From Eledone cirrhosa (Eukaryota), in contig CAXHJY010001737.1 in the NCBI GenBank assembly GCA_964016885.1, positions 112,046 through 176,045 of the forward strand: a stretch of 64,000 bases of DNA, written 5' to 3'. The notes beneath the pieces are model-generated. The model saw nothing but the letters and a program-made list of their open reading frames with translations, had not been told where the DNA came from and ran no database searches. Shown here piece after piece: positions 29,105 through 42,604 of the stretch. Within the stretch, counting starts at the first letter, position 1; the number at the start of each line of letters is the position of its first letter. The translations under genes were made by a program, and so were the position numbers.

Positions 29105-29506
29105 ATATATATAAATATATATATATGTGTGTATGTGTGTGAGTGTGTGTGTGCGTGTGAGAGTGTATGTGTGTGTGTATGCCTATGTGTCTGATTCAAT
29201 CTACTCTCTCACAACCAGTATCTCTTTCTCTCTATCTTTCTCTCTCTCTATTTATAAAGATACCCGGAAAAACTACGTATCTCGAGAACCCGTGCTCCGA
29301 TTTACGTGAAACTTGTTTTATTTATTTCAAAGTATTTTCCCATTATGCTCTGTTTTGGTGTATTAAATTACAGACAAGCACACAATCAGAGAGTTTTAGT
29401 AGTATATAGATATCTACTCATCGACATATATTGAGTGCTTCCTTCTTCATTTGTTCACAAAATAAAATGTTTGAACAAACTGATATATATATATGTATAT
29501 AAATTT

Positions 29507-29709
29507 ATCCCAGGTTCAATCGGGGGTAACCACAGTAAATAAGGTACTCAATACATAGCAGAGTATAAATACTTAATATAGAAATGGCTTCTACAGGACT
29601 AGAACTCTTTCATTCGGGAGAAATCATTAGGAACCCGACTGTCTTGGACAGTCGGCTTCCAGATGTTTTCTCCCGAATTAAAGAGTTCTAGTCCTGTAGA
29701 AGCCATTTC

Positions 29710-29712
<3 letters not shown>
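29507..29712 (-). mobile_element. Palindromic HHR-derived short element, family C
   Basis: Inverted arms around ~29645. The right arm retains ggcttc/gaagcc stem I with a mutated core. Confidence 0.7.
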
Positions 29713-29758
<46 letters not shown>

Positions 29759-29833
29759 TATTGGTGCTCTGAAATGGCGATGTATACATGAATGTATGTA
29801 TAGTATATTGCCAAATATACTATACACACATTC

Positions 29834-29902
<69 letters not shown>

Positions 29903-30109
29903 GTTCCTAGCATAATGTACTAATATTTCCAAAGTATGTATATAGGTGTACGAAGAAGAATGGCAATCCACTTAAATCACTGGCTTCAGAAACTACAACA
30001 GCAACAACAACAACAAAGAAGAAGAAAACAACAACATCAACGACAACAACAGCGAGGGGAGCAAAAATATATTTCCCTTGAGCGTTCGGGCGTGTGTGAA
30101 TAACTGTCG

Positions 30110-30146
30110 ATATCTATCTATCTATCTCTATCTATTTATTTATCTG

Positions 30147-30231
<85 letters not shown>

Positions 30232-30285
30232 TTATCTGTCTATCAATATCTATCAATATCTAACTATCTAAAACATATCTATCTA
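30110..30285. repeat. (TATC)n/GATA microsatellite, apparent LINE target
   Basis: Read directly; the LINE 3' ends downstream also terminate in tatc repeats. Confidence 0.9.
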
Positions 30286-30909
30286 TATTTTTATATCTTG
30301 TTATTGCCTCCTCCTTATTGAGGACGCCTTTTTATGTAAATTGTACTTGTCCCACTCTTTGATGCCCTGGTGGCAAATAAAAAGAAAGTTATCTATCTAT
30401 CTATCTATCTATCACCAGAGTATAGGTGAGGAAGATGAAAGATCAAGGGAGCACCCCCTCTCTGTGCTCCTGAGGAGAAGGGTTGCACACTTTTTTCGGG
30501 GGTGTGTGCGACCCCCCAAGGCGCCTCCTCCCTATTGAGGATTTTGTTATTAAATTTATTTTTGTTATATTTTATTTTATTTTTATATTTTGTTATTGCC
30601 TCCTCCTTATTGAGGACGCCTTTTTATGTAAACTCCCCCCATTGTACTTGTCCCACTTTTTGATGCCCTGGTGGCAAATAAAAAGAAAGTTATCTATCTA
30701 TCTATCTTGATAGAGTAAGACACGCTTCACATCGGCTCCGCTATTCCATCGGGATTTACCCTTACTATTGTAAGTACCGGATAAATTTTTCAGTGCAACA
30801 CATTTGGAACACTAACCCCTGTTATTTAGGGAAACATTTTTGCATTTACCCCCTTTTTAGGGGGTAAAATAAATATCTATTTTTGCCGAAAAATTTCTTT
30901 CTTGGCAGC

Positions 30910-32736
30910 ATGGCGGAAAAGATGGCAGACATGTCTGCCATTAGCTCTGCCACGCCCCCCAAGTCTGAAGAACAAAAAATAATTACAACAAAAGTAGACA
31001 ATGAAACAAACAAAGAAAATGAAAAAACAAATGTTAAGGAAAATGAGCAAACGGAAAACAAACAAACAGAAAATAATACAAATAACAACAGGGCAACTTT
31101 CGCCCAGAAAACAAAACAATCCATTACATACACACCAATTGACCTAACTGCCGCCAGAGAAAAACTGGCCGAAGCAAAGAAACACATTGTTTTGGGGGAG
31201 AACGGAATGTTTTCCATTAACTCCCCCCCAGAATTCAAGAAAGAACAGAGAACACAGTTCTCTTCAGAACTATACTGAACCAGACAAGAAAGCCAGCACA
31301 GCCCAGCCAAATGGAAATAGAGTTAGTCCTAAAAGACTATATGAAGAATATTCTCTTCATACGAAAGGAGCGACTCTATGGCAGCATTTCGGTCCTAACA
31401 AGTGACAAGGAAACGGCGGAGAAGCTTTCCCTAAGCCCACTCTCATCGACAACATACAGCTTCTATCCCTCCTACATGGGTAGAAGAACACAGAGAGTAA
31501 AAGTAAAAACAATGCTGCCCACAATGGACTTCTGGTGGGCTATTGCTGGCTTCATAGACATGGGCGAAGACACAATCCTGTCAATGGGGAAGGCAACTGG
31601 AGATGCGTTCCTGGGAATGGGCCTCGACATACTAGTCCAAATGAGGCCCGAAAGAATAGCACAAATCCCGGATCGCATCTGGCTGGATGACCTTACCCCA
31701 ATAGACATAATTGTAGAGGGGAGAAGACCAGCATGCTATTTATGCATGGAAAGGGGACACGTTAAGGCTAACTGCCCGAAACGTATCCCCCAAAAAGGAC
31801 TATTGCCCACACCCACCACAAACAGTACACCAACACCACCCACCTCCAAAAATACACTAATACCACACACAGCAAACAAAATACAGACACCACCAACCAC
31901 AAACACAACACAAACATCACCACCACCAGCACCAAACACAAGCACGACACAAAAATCACCACCACCAACCACAACACAAACATCACCACCACCATCACCA
32001 ACCACAAGCATGACACAAAAATAACCACCACCACCACAAAACCCATTCCAAACAAATAATAAAAAAAACAGTAACAAATCTACCCCTCCCGCAAAAAAAC
32101 AACAACCACACAACACGTCCCTCCCACCTAGCGCTGAAGAGTTTCCCCCAACTTCTGAAGAAGAAGGAGGAGAAGCCTTCAGACAAGTTAAAAGAAAAAA
32201 AAGAAAACACACACCCAGCACACCACAAATAACCCACACACAAACACCAACTCCAATCAAAAACACCCCACCCTCAACAAACAAAAATAAATCTGCGCCT
32301 CCCCTCTCCGAAACATTGACAGCATCACAAAAAAGACGTTGCAATACACATATATAAATAAAGAAAACAAAAAACTGGTTAAATTAATAAACAATAACCC
32401 TATGGTGCAGACCGAAGGGCCAAACTTTATCTCAACAGAGAACTTCACCCATTTAAAAATGATAAAGGTCCCTCTGGACCTTTATCGTTCCTTAAAAGAA
32501 CAATTTAGACGGGACGTGAGCCCCCCTGTTTAAAACCGTTGAATCGCGTCCTCTTGAAAGATTTCCCCATAACCGCCCCTCTCCCTGACACAACTCCAAA
32601 TACCCCAACCCCACCACACACGTGTACCCCCACACCACCACAAAACATCCCTCCACCCAACACACCTGATGCCATGGAAATTACGCAACCCGGAGAGGTA
32701 AGTGCTTTTCTTTCTTCACTTTCAACACCAAAATAG
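30910..32736 (+). pseudogene. LINE ORF1 (gag-like, CCHC zinc knuckle), disrupted
   Basis: ATG at 30910. CYLCMERGHVKANC knuckle and a Pro/Thr-rich tail. 4-bp deletion near 31243 and a premature stop at 32024 relative to copy 2. Confidence 0.8.
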
Positions 32737-35700
32737 ATCAATTGAGAGTTGGCTGTTTGAACGCGCGTGGCCTGGGCTCAGCTTGGAAGCAAGCAAAGCT
32801 TCTAAGTGACCTCAGGTCACAAAGTATAGATGTGATGGTTGTTTGCGAGAGTCGGATCAGCAGCGTGAGACAGCTGGCGCCCGCCTTCGATGACTTTGAG
32901 ATGCACGCATCTCTCTGTCAACCCGGAGGCGGGGGGGAGTTGCCGTACTGCTGGATCAACGTCTGACTCTCGACGTACAGATTGTTCACTCGGACCCGGG
33001 GAGTCGATTACTGGTGCTGGACGTCGGAGGCGGTGAAGGCGGGGCTTTCAGACTGGTCGGTCTTTATGCTCCCTTCGGGGCGGAAAGAGCCGACTTCTTC
33101 CAGCGTCTGGAGACTTTTCTAGGAACGTCGCGTTCCCTGCTTTTAGTGGGGGACTGGAATGGAATCCTAGATGCGCGTTGGGACTATGCAGGGGCATGTC
33201 CCGATAGAGGGGGGTGTAGCAGCCTCAAGGGGTTACTCGATCGATTCGACCTGGTCGATAGATTTCGACTAGATTGTCCAACTGCGCCAACCTGGACCTG
33301 GGCAAACCGCAGTGGACAATCTAGATCGTACCTAGATAGGTTTTTGGTTAGGAGTAAGGATAGGGACGTATTTAGTTGTCCAGAACTGATCATGGTTGGC
33401 TATTCAGATCACAAATTAGTGACCTGCGTGGTCAACCTTGATAGAACGCATAGACAGGGTCCCGGTTACTGGAAGATGAACTTGTCCTTGCCGACAAAGA
33501 AAGATTACAGAAACCGGATTAGTAGCTTAGTTAAGATGCGGTTGACGGGAGCGATCGTCAACAGTAGGTGGTGGGTATCTCTAAAGAGAGAGATTAGAGT
33601 AAGTTCGATAGGTTACAGTAAGGAACTAGCGACAAATAGAAATAGGAAGGAAAGGGAGTTAACAGATAAACTAGAAGAGGCGATTAGGAGCGGAGACGTA
33701 GCCAGAGTGTTAGCGGCGAGAACGGCGTTGAGCCAGTTCTTTGACGGGAAGCACGAAGGCTGCGTTGTCCGAAGTAAAATACGTGCGTTAGGAAACGAGG
33801 GGACCAAATCTGTTAGCTGGGCCCGCGTGACAGAAGCCAAGAGTGGGATTAAATCCACCATTCGGTCTTTGCGAGACCAGGATGGACGGGTGATCCTTGA
33901 ACCTGAGCGGATGTGCGAGGCCTTTCAAAGGCACTTTGCTCGACTGTTCGGAGGGGGCGGGGGGCCGGACGGGGATGTGGACTTCGGTCCATACCTCGAC
34001 AGTCTACCGCGTCTTTCGAGCGGCGAAGCGGAGTGCTGCGAAAGGCCAATCACAGCCACTGAAATCGGGGAAGCACTCAGCCAATGCAGCAGACGCAAAT
34101 CTCCGGGTCTCGATGGTCTACCATACGAACTTTATTTAGCTATGCCGGTCTTGTTCTCCGAACTCCTCGAGGCTGTCTATTGCAACTGGCAACAGAACGG
34201 GAAAATTCCCTGTTCTGTGACCAAGGGCGTGGTCACGCTAGTGAGGAAGGACGAGAGCAAGGGGGACGACTTAAGTAACTTTAGGCCCATAACTCTGCTG
34301 AATGCAGAGTTACAGATTTTGGCCAAAGTGTTGGCGAAGAGGTTGGCGCTTGTGGTGGGTGGTTTGGTGGGAGACGCGCAGACATGCGCTATCCCGTCCA
34401 GGTCCATTCACGACAACCTCCACCTCATGCGATACATCATAGAGAGGGTTGGCAACGAACCCGGCTTTGGTGGGGCCCTGATCAACTTGGATCAATCTAA
34501 GGCGTTCGATAGGGTCGACCATGGTTACCTGGATGCGGTGCTAGCGGCGGCGGGCTTCGGACCCGTTTTCAGGGGCTGGATTTCTGCCATGCACAGTGGC
34601 AACATCTACTCTAGGATTAAAGTAAACGGCTACCTCTCGGAGCCGTTTCAAATCACCCGGTCCATCAGGCAGGGGTGCCCCCCTCTCCTCCCTTCTGTAC
34701 GTACTGACTCTCGAGCCACTGCTGCGGAAGTTGGAGTTGCTGCGGGGCATACCCCTGGAACCGGGATTGCACAAAGCGGTCTCGGCCTATGCCGACGACG
34801 TAACAGTAATGGTGGCGGACGCCTCGGAAATCGGGGCGATCGCCACCCTACTGGGGGAATACGAAAGGCTGACGGGGGCTAGGCTGAACCAGGACAAGTC
34901 AGTCGGTTTGCAACTCGGAACGTGGAGGGGCAAACCGATGCCGTTAGACGGTGTCGTCGGGCGGTGGACGGAGGGCCCGGTGAAGCTGCTCGGGGTCTGG
35001 TTCGGACCGGACCTCCAGGTGGAGAAGAATTGGGGCGAGGTGACGAGCAGGGTGTTTGCGCTGACCCAGAAGTGGGCCAAGTGCAAACTATCACTGAAAG
35101 GTGGGGCGGAGGTGACGAACGCTGACATAGCGTCCGTCATCTGCTACCGCCTGACCGTTGTGCCTTGCCCCAAGGAAAAGATCACCATCATGGAACGCAT
35201 GCTCTTCCAGTTCCTCTGGAAGAAGCGGCCTCCCATGGTGAGGAGATCCATCTGCTGCCAGAACCCTTCGAAAGGAGGGCTGGGTATGCCGTGGCTGTTG
35301 ATGCGTAGGCACGCATTGAGGCTACGGCATCTACAAGTATTCCTCAACGGTCAGCCGGTGTGGGCCCCGTTTGTGAGGCGAGCCTTCCCACAGCTCGTCT
35401 CGCTCACCGAACTGCAATCCTGTGTGAAGCAAAGACCGAGAAAACTGGGCAACTGGCACACCGAGTGTGCCCAGGCGCTCACGGCTATCTGGCAAGCGGA
35501 CCCGACTATCAGTGGAGAATCCACCTCGACATTCTATAGAGGGTTGGTGGCTAGCAAGGGCGACGACACCCTTGGAGAGTCGCTAGGCATGGAGGAGGAC
35601 GAACTGGCCAGCCTGTTCGGTAGAACTTTCGGCCCGGGACCCATGGACAACTTCCAGAGGTCCCTAGCCTGGCAGTGTTACCGAGGGGCTCTGCCCGTTC

Positions 35701-36170
35701 GAGAAAAGCTCTACAGACACGGGCGCCCGGGCAGGGATCCCGCGAAAAAGATCTGCCCCAGATGCGTGCGCGACGAGGAAACCGTTGCGCATGCACTGGT
35801 ACACTGCCCGGGCGTTGCCGATCTGTGGGGCTACGTCGAACGACTGCTGTCGCGTGTGGCGCCGATTCGATTAACCGCCGAGTCTGTGGTGAACATCAAG
35901 CCGCCTCCTCCCTTCAGAAATGAAGCAGAGGCGGTCTTTCTGTGCGTAATAGCCATGATGAAAGAGGTTGTGTGGTGGACGCGCCTGAAAGGTCTGAGGT
36001 CGGGTGACTTTCTCTCCGGCCATCACCTGGTTTACTTCTTCCGATACCACTTCGGAAGAAGGATCAGGATGGAGAGAGAAGTGCTTGGCCCCAGACAGTT
36101 TTATGAAAGGTGGGTGAAAGAAGCGAGAATGGCCCGTGTAAATGGGCCTTCTCTCTACATTGTTCTGTAG
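32733..36170 (+). pseudogene. LINE ORF2: APE endonuclease, reverse transcriptase and C-terminal zinc finger; frameshifted
   Basis: LNARG, GDWN, SYLDRF, YSDH (APE). PGLDG, FRPITLLN, LDQSKAFDRVDH, IRQGCP, YADD (RT). CPRC...ETVAHALVHC. Frameshifts near 32935 and 34685. Confidence 0.93.
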
Positions 36171-37034
36171 GTGAAGAAGTGAAGAGGAAAGGGGGAGCGC
36201 CTCCTCTCTGGGCTTCCCCCGCGAAAAGAGTTGCACACTTTTCGGGGGTATGTGCAATCCCCAACACGCCCCCTCCCTTTTGAGGACTTTTTATTGTTAT
36301 ATTATTATTGTTATTCCTTTTTTCTTTACTCGATTTATGTAAACTCCCCCACTGTGTAAATGTCCCCTTCTTTTGTGCCCTCGTGGCAAATAAATAGACA
36401 TTTATCTATATTTTTATATCTTGTTATTGCCTCCTCCTTATTGAGGACGCCTTTTTATGTAAATTGTACTTGTCCCACTCTTTGATGCCCTGGTGGCAAA
36501 TAAAAAGAAAGTTATCTATCTATCTATCTATCTATCACCAGAGTATAGGTGAGGAAGATGAAAGATCAAGGGAGCACCCCCTCTCTGTGCTCCTGAGGAG
36601 AAGGGTTGCACACTTTTTTCGGGGGTGTGTGCGACCCCCCAGGGCGCCTCCTCCCTATCGAGGATTTTGTTATTAAATTTATTTTTGTTATATTTTATTT
36701 TATTTTTATATTTTGTTATTGCCTCCTCCTTATTGAGGACGCCTTTTTATGTAAACTCCCCCCATTGTACTTGTCCCACTTTTTGATGCCCTGGTGGCAA
36801 ATAAAAAGAAAGTTATCTATCTATCTATCTTGATAGAGTAAGACACGCTTCACATCGGCTCCGCTATTTCATCGGGATTTACCCTTACTATAGTAAGTAC
36901 CGGATAAATTTTTCAGTGCAACACATTTGGAACACTAACCCCTGTTATTTAGGGAAACATTTTTGCATTTACCCCCTTTTTAGGGGGTAAAATAAATATC
37001 TATTTTTTTGCCGAAAAATTTCTTTCTTGGCAGC

Positions 37035-38857
37035 ATGGCGGAAAAGATGGCAGACATGTCTGCCATTAGTTCTGCCACGCCCCCCAAGTCTGAAGAACAA
37101 AAAATAATTACAACAAAATTAGACAACGAAACAAACAAGGAAAATGAAAAAACAAATGTTAAGGAAAATGAGCAAACGGAAAACAAACAAACAGAAAATA
37201 ATACAAATAACAACAGGGCAACTTTCGCCCAGAAAACAAAACAATCCATAACATACACACCAATTGACTTAACCGCCGCCAGAGAAAAACTGGCCGAAGC
37301 GAAAAAACAAATAGTCTTGGGGGAGAACGGAATGTTTTCCATTAACTCCCCCCCAGAATTCAAGAAAGCCAGAACAGAGAGCACAGTTCTCTTCAGAACT
37401 ATACTGAACCAAACAAGAAAGCCAGCACAGCCCTGCCAAATGGAAATAGAGTTGGTCCTAAAAGACTATATGAAGAATATTCTCTTCATACGAAAGGACC
37501 GACTCTATGGCAGCATTTCGGTCTTAACAAAAGACAAGGAAACGGCGGAGAAGCTTTCCCTAAGCCCACTCTCATCGACAACATACAGCTTCTATCCCTC
37601 CTACATGGGTAGAAGAACACAGAGAGTAAAAGTAAAAACAATGCTGCCCACAATGGACTTCTGGTGGGCTATTGCTGGCTTCATAGACATGGGCGAAGAC
37701 ACAATCCTGTCAATGGGGAAGGCAACTGGAGATGCGTTCCTGGGAATGGGCCTCGACATACTAGTCCAAATGAGGCCCGAAAGAATAGCACAAATCCCGG
37801 ATCGCATCTGGCTGGATGACCTTACCCCAATAGATATAATTGTAGAGGGGAGCATGCTATTTATGCATGGAAAGGGGACACGTTAAGGCTAACTGCCCGA
37901 AACGTATCCCCCAAAAAGGACTATTGCCCACACCCACCACAAACAGTACACCAACACCACCCACCTCCAAAAATACACTAATACCACACACAGCAAACAA
38001 AATACAGACACCACCAACCACAAACACAACACAAACATCACCACCACCAGCACCAAACACAAGCACGACACAAAAATCACCACCACCAACCACAACACAA
38101 ACATCACCACCACCATCACCAACCACAAGCACGACACAAACATTACCACTACCACCACAAAACCCATTCCAAACAAATAATAAAAAAAAACAGTAACAAA
38201 TCTACCCCTCCCGCAAAAAAAACAACCACACAACACGTCCCTCACACCTAGCGCTGAAGAGTTTCCCCCAACTTCTGAAGAAGAAGGAGGAGAAGCCTTC
38301 AGACAAGTTAAAAGAAAAAAAAGAAAACACACACCCAGCACACCACAAATAACCCACACACAAACACCAACTCCAATCAAAAACACCCCACCCTCAACAA
38401 ACAAAAATAAATCTGCGCCTCCCCTCTCCGAAACATTGACAGCATCACAAAAAAAGACGTTGCAATACACATATATAAATAAAGAAAACAAAAAACTGGT
38501 TAAATTAATAAACAATAACCCTATGGTGCAGACCGAAGGGCCAAACTTTATCTCAACAGAGAACTTCACCCATTTAAAAATGATAAAGGTCCTTCTGGAC
38601 CTTTATCGTTCCTTAAAAGAACAATTTAGACGGGACGTGAGCCCCCCTGTTTAAAACCGTTGAATCGCGTCCTCTTGAAAGATTTCCCCATAACCGCCCC
38701 TCTCCCTGACACAACTCCAAATACCCCAACCCCACCACACACGTGTACCCCCACACCACCACAAAACATCCCTCCACCCAACACACCTGATGCCATGGAA
38801 ATTACACAACCCGGAGAGGTAGGTGCTTTTCTTTCTTCACTTTCAACACCAAAATAG
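37035..38857 (+). pseudogene. LINE ORF1, copy 2 (disrupted)
   Basis: Homologous to 30910-32736. A small deletion at ~37850 frameshifts the zinc knuckle. Confidence 0.8.
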
Positions 38858-40376
38858 ATCAATCGAGAGTTGGCTGTTTGAACGCGCGTGGCCTGGGCTC
38901 AGCTTGGAAGCAAGCAAAGCTTCTAAGTGACCTCAGGTCACAAAGTATAGATGTGATGGTTGTTTGCGAGAGTCGGATCAGCAGCGTGAGACAGCTGGCG
39001 CCCGCCTTCGATGACTTTGAGATGCACGCATCTCTCTGTCAACCCGGAGGCGGGGGGGGGGGAGTTGCCGTACTGCTGGATAAACGTCTGACTCTCGACG
39101 TACAGATTGTTCACTCGGACCCGGGGGGTCGATTACTGGTGCTGGACGTCGGAGGCGGTGAAGGCGGGGCTTTCAGACTGGTCGGTCTTTATGCTCCCTT
39201 CGGGGCGGAAAGAGCCGACTTCTTCCAGCGTTTGGAGACTTTTCTAGGAACGTCGCGTTCCCTGCTTTTAGTGGAGGACTGGAATGGAATCCTAGATGCG
39301 CGTTGGGACTATGCAGGGGCATGTCCCGATAGAGGGGGGTGTAGCAGCCTCAAGGGGTTACTCGATCGATTCGACCTGGTCGATAGATTTCGACTAGATT
39401 GTCCAACTGCGCCAACCTGGACCTGGGCAAACCGCAGTGGACAATCTAGATCGTACCTAGATAGGTTTTTGGTTAGGAGTAAGGATAGGGACGTATTTAG
39501 TTGTCCAGAACTGATCATGGTTGGCTATTCAGATCACAAATTAGTGACCTGCGTGGTCAACCTTGATAGAACCCGTTTGTGAGGCGAGCCTTCCCACAGC
39601 TCGTCTCGCTCACCGAACTGCAATCCTGGGTGAAGCAAAGACCGAGAAAACTGGGCAACTGGCACACCGAGTGTGCCCAGGCGCTCACGGCTATCTGGCA
39701 AGCGGACCCGACTATCAGTGGAGAATCCACCTCGACATTCTATAGAGGGTTGGTGGCTAGCAAGGGCGACGACACCCTTGGAGAGTCGCTAGGCATGGAG
39801 GAGGACGAACTGGCCAGCCTGTTCGGTAGAACTTTCGGCCCGGGACCCATGGACAACTTCCAGAGGTCCCTAGCCTGGCAGTGTTACCGAGGGGCTCTGC
39901 CCGTTCGAGAAAAGCTCTACAGACACGGGCGCCCGGGCAGGGATCCCGCGAAAAAGATCTGCCCCAGATGCGTGCGCGACGAGGAAACCGTTGCGCATGC
40001 ACTGGTACACTGCCCGGGCGTTGCCGATCTGTGGGGCTACGTCGAACGACTGCTGTCGCGTGTGGCGCCGATTCGATTAACCGCCGAGTCTGTGGTGAAC
40101 ATCAAGCCGCCTCCTCCCTTCAGAAATGAAGCAGAGGCGGTCTTTCTGTGCGTAATAGCCATGATGAAAGAGGTTGTGTGGTGGACGCGCCTGAAAGGTC
40201 TGAGGTCGGGTGACTTTCTCTCCGGCCATCACCTGGTTTACTTCTTCCGATACCACTTCGGAAGAAGGATCAGGATGGAGAGAGAAGTGCTTGGCCCCAG
40301 ACAGTTTTATGAAAGGTGGGTGAAAGAAGCGAGAATGACCCGTGTAAATGGGCCTTCTCTCTACATTGTTCTGTAG
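38855..40376 (+). pseudogene. LINE ORF2, copy 2: endonuclease joined out of frame to the C-terminal region, RT deleted
   Basis: ORFs 38878-39582 (APE) and 39579-40376 (zinc-finger region). Confidence 0.88.
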
Positions 40377-40820
40377 GTGAAGAAGTGAAGAGGAAAGGGG
40401 GAGCGCCTCCTCTCTGGGCTTCCCCCGCGAAAAGAGTTGCACACTTTTCGGGGGTATGTGCAATCCCCAACACGCCCCCTCCCCTTTGAGGACTTTTTAT
40501 TGTTATATTATTATTGTTATTCCTTTTTTCTTTACTCGATTTATGTAAACTCCCCCACTGTGTAAATGTCCCCTTCTTTTGTGCCCTCGTGGCAAATAAA
40601 TAGAAATTTATCTAATCTACCAATAGCATGTTTATACACACACACTCAAACACACACACACATTTACATAAATCTACATACACACACGCTTATACACAAA
40701 TGCATATACATATACGTACATATATATATGCATAGACACATACACATAGACACACATATACACACACATATATATATATATACACACATATAAACACTCA
40801 CACACATATACATATATATG

Positions 40821-40852
<32 letters not shown>

Positions 40853-41019
40853 TAGACACACACACAAAGGCATATATGAATACACACACACACACATATA
40901 CACACATATATACACACACACATATATGTATACACACACACGCACATATATATATATACACATATACACACTCACACATATATGAATACACACACACATA
41001 TATGTATACACACACACGC

Positions 41020-41051
<32 letters not shown>

Positions 41052-41118
41052 TCACACATATATGAATACACACACACATATATGAATACACACACACATA
41101 TATGTATACACACACACG

Positions 41119-41163
<45 letters not shown>

Positions 41164-41259
41164 TCACACATATATGAATACACACACACATATATGAATA
41201 CACACACACACATGAATACACACACACACACACATATATATGTATACACACACACGCAC

Positions 41260-41295
<36 letters not shown>

Positions 41296-41427
41296 TCACA
41301 CATATATGAATACACACACACATATATAAATACACACACACATATATGTATACACACACACGCACATATATATATATATATACACATATACACACTCACA
41401 CATATATGAATACACACACACACATGA

Positions 41428-41495
<68 letters not shown>

Positions 41496-41603
41496 TGTAA
41501 TAAGACATGAGCCAATGTGATATATTTATGACTGTTTCCCTTGGACAGTTGACTTCATAACAATAATAATAAAGTTGGATTGGATGGTTCTAACGTTTGA
41601 TGG

Positions 41604-41638
<35 letters not shown>

Positions 41639-41689
41639 TCTTTTACCTGTTTCAGCCATCCGGCTGAGGCCATGCTGCGGCACCGCCCT

Positions 41690-41760
<71 letters not shown>

Positions 41761-41851
41761 GGAACGAGGGGGGGGGGGGATACATAACATCTCTATAGAA
41801 TTAGATTGGTTGGCTGTGATTTTGAATTGTACACACACACGCATGCATACC

Positions 41852-42579
<728 letters not shown>

Positions 42580-42604
42580 AACAATTGGCAAGATTTAGTA
42601 GTAT

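Larger units (their letters stand above)
30281..36408 (+). mobile_element. Tx1/L1-clade non-LTR retrotransposon, copy 1 (full length, frameshifted), with a 428-bp leader of 3'-UTR-like fragments
   Basis: Leader 30281-30708, 5' UTR from 30709, then ORF1 and ORF2. The 3' UTR ends ggcaaataaatagacatttatcta. Confidence 0.9.
36404..40619 (+). mobile_element. Tx1/L1-clade element, copy 2, with the same leader and a ~1.92-kb internal deletion removing RT
   Basis: Starts 6123 bp after copy 1. The junction gatagaac|ccgtttg at ~39572 joins copy 1 positions ~33447 and ~35367. Confidence 0.9.
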
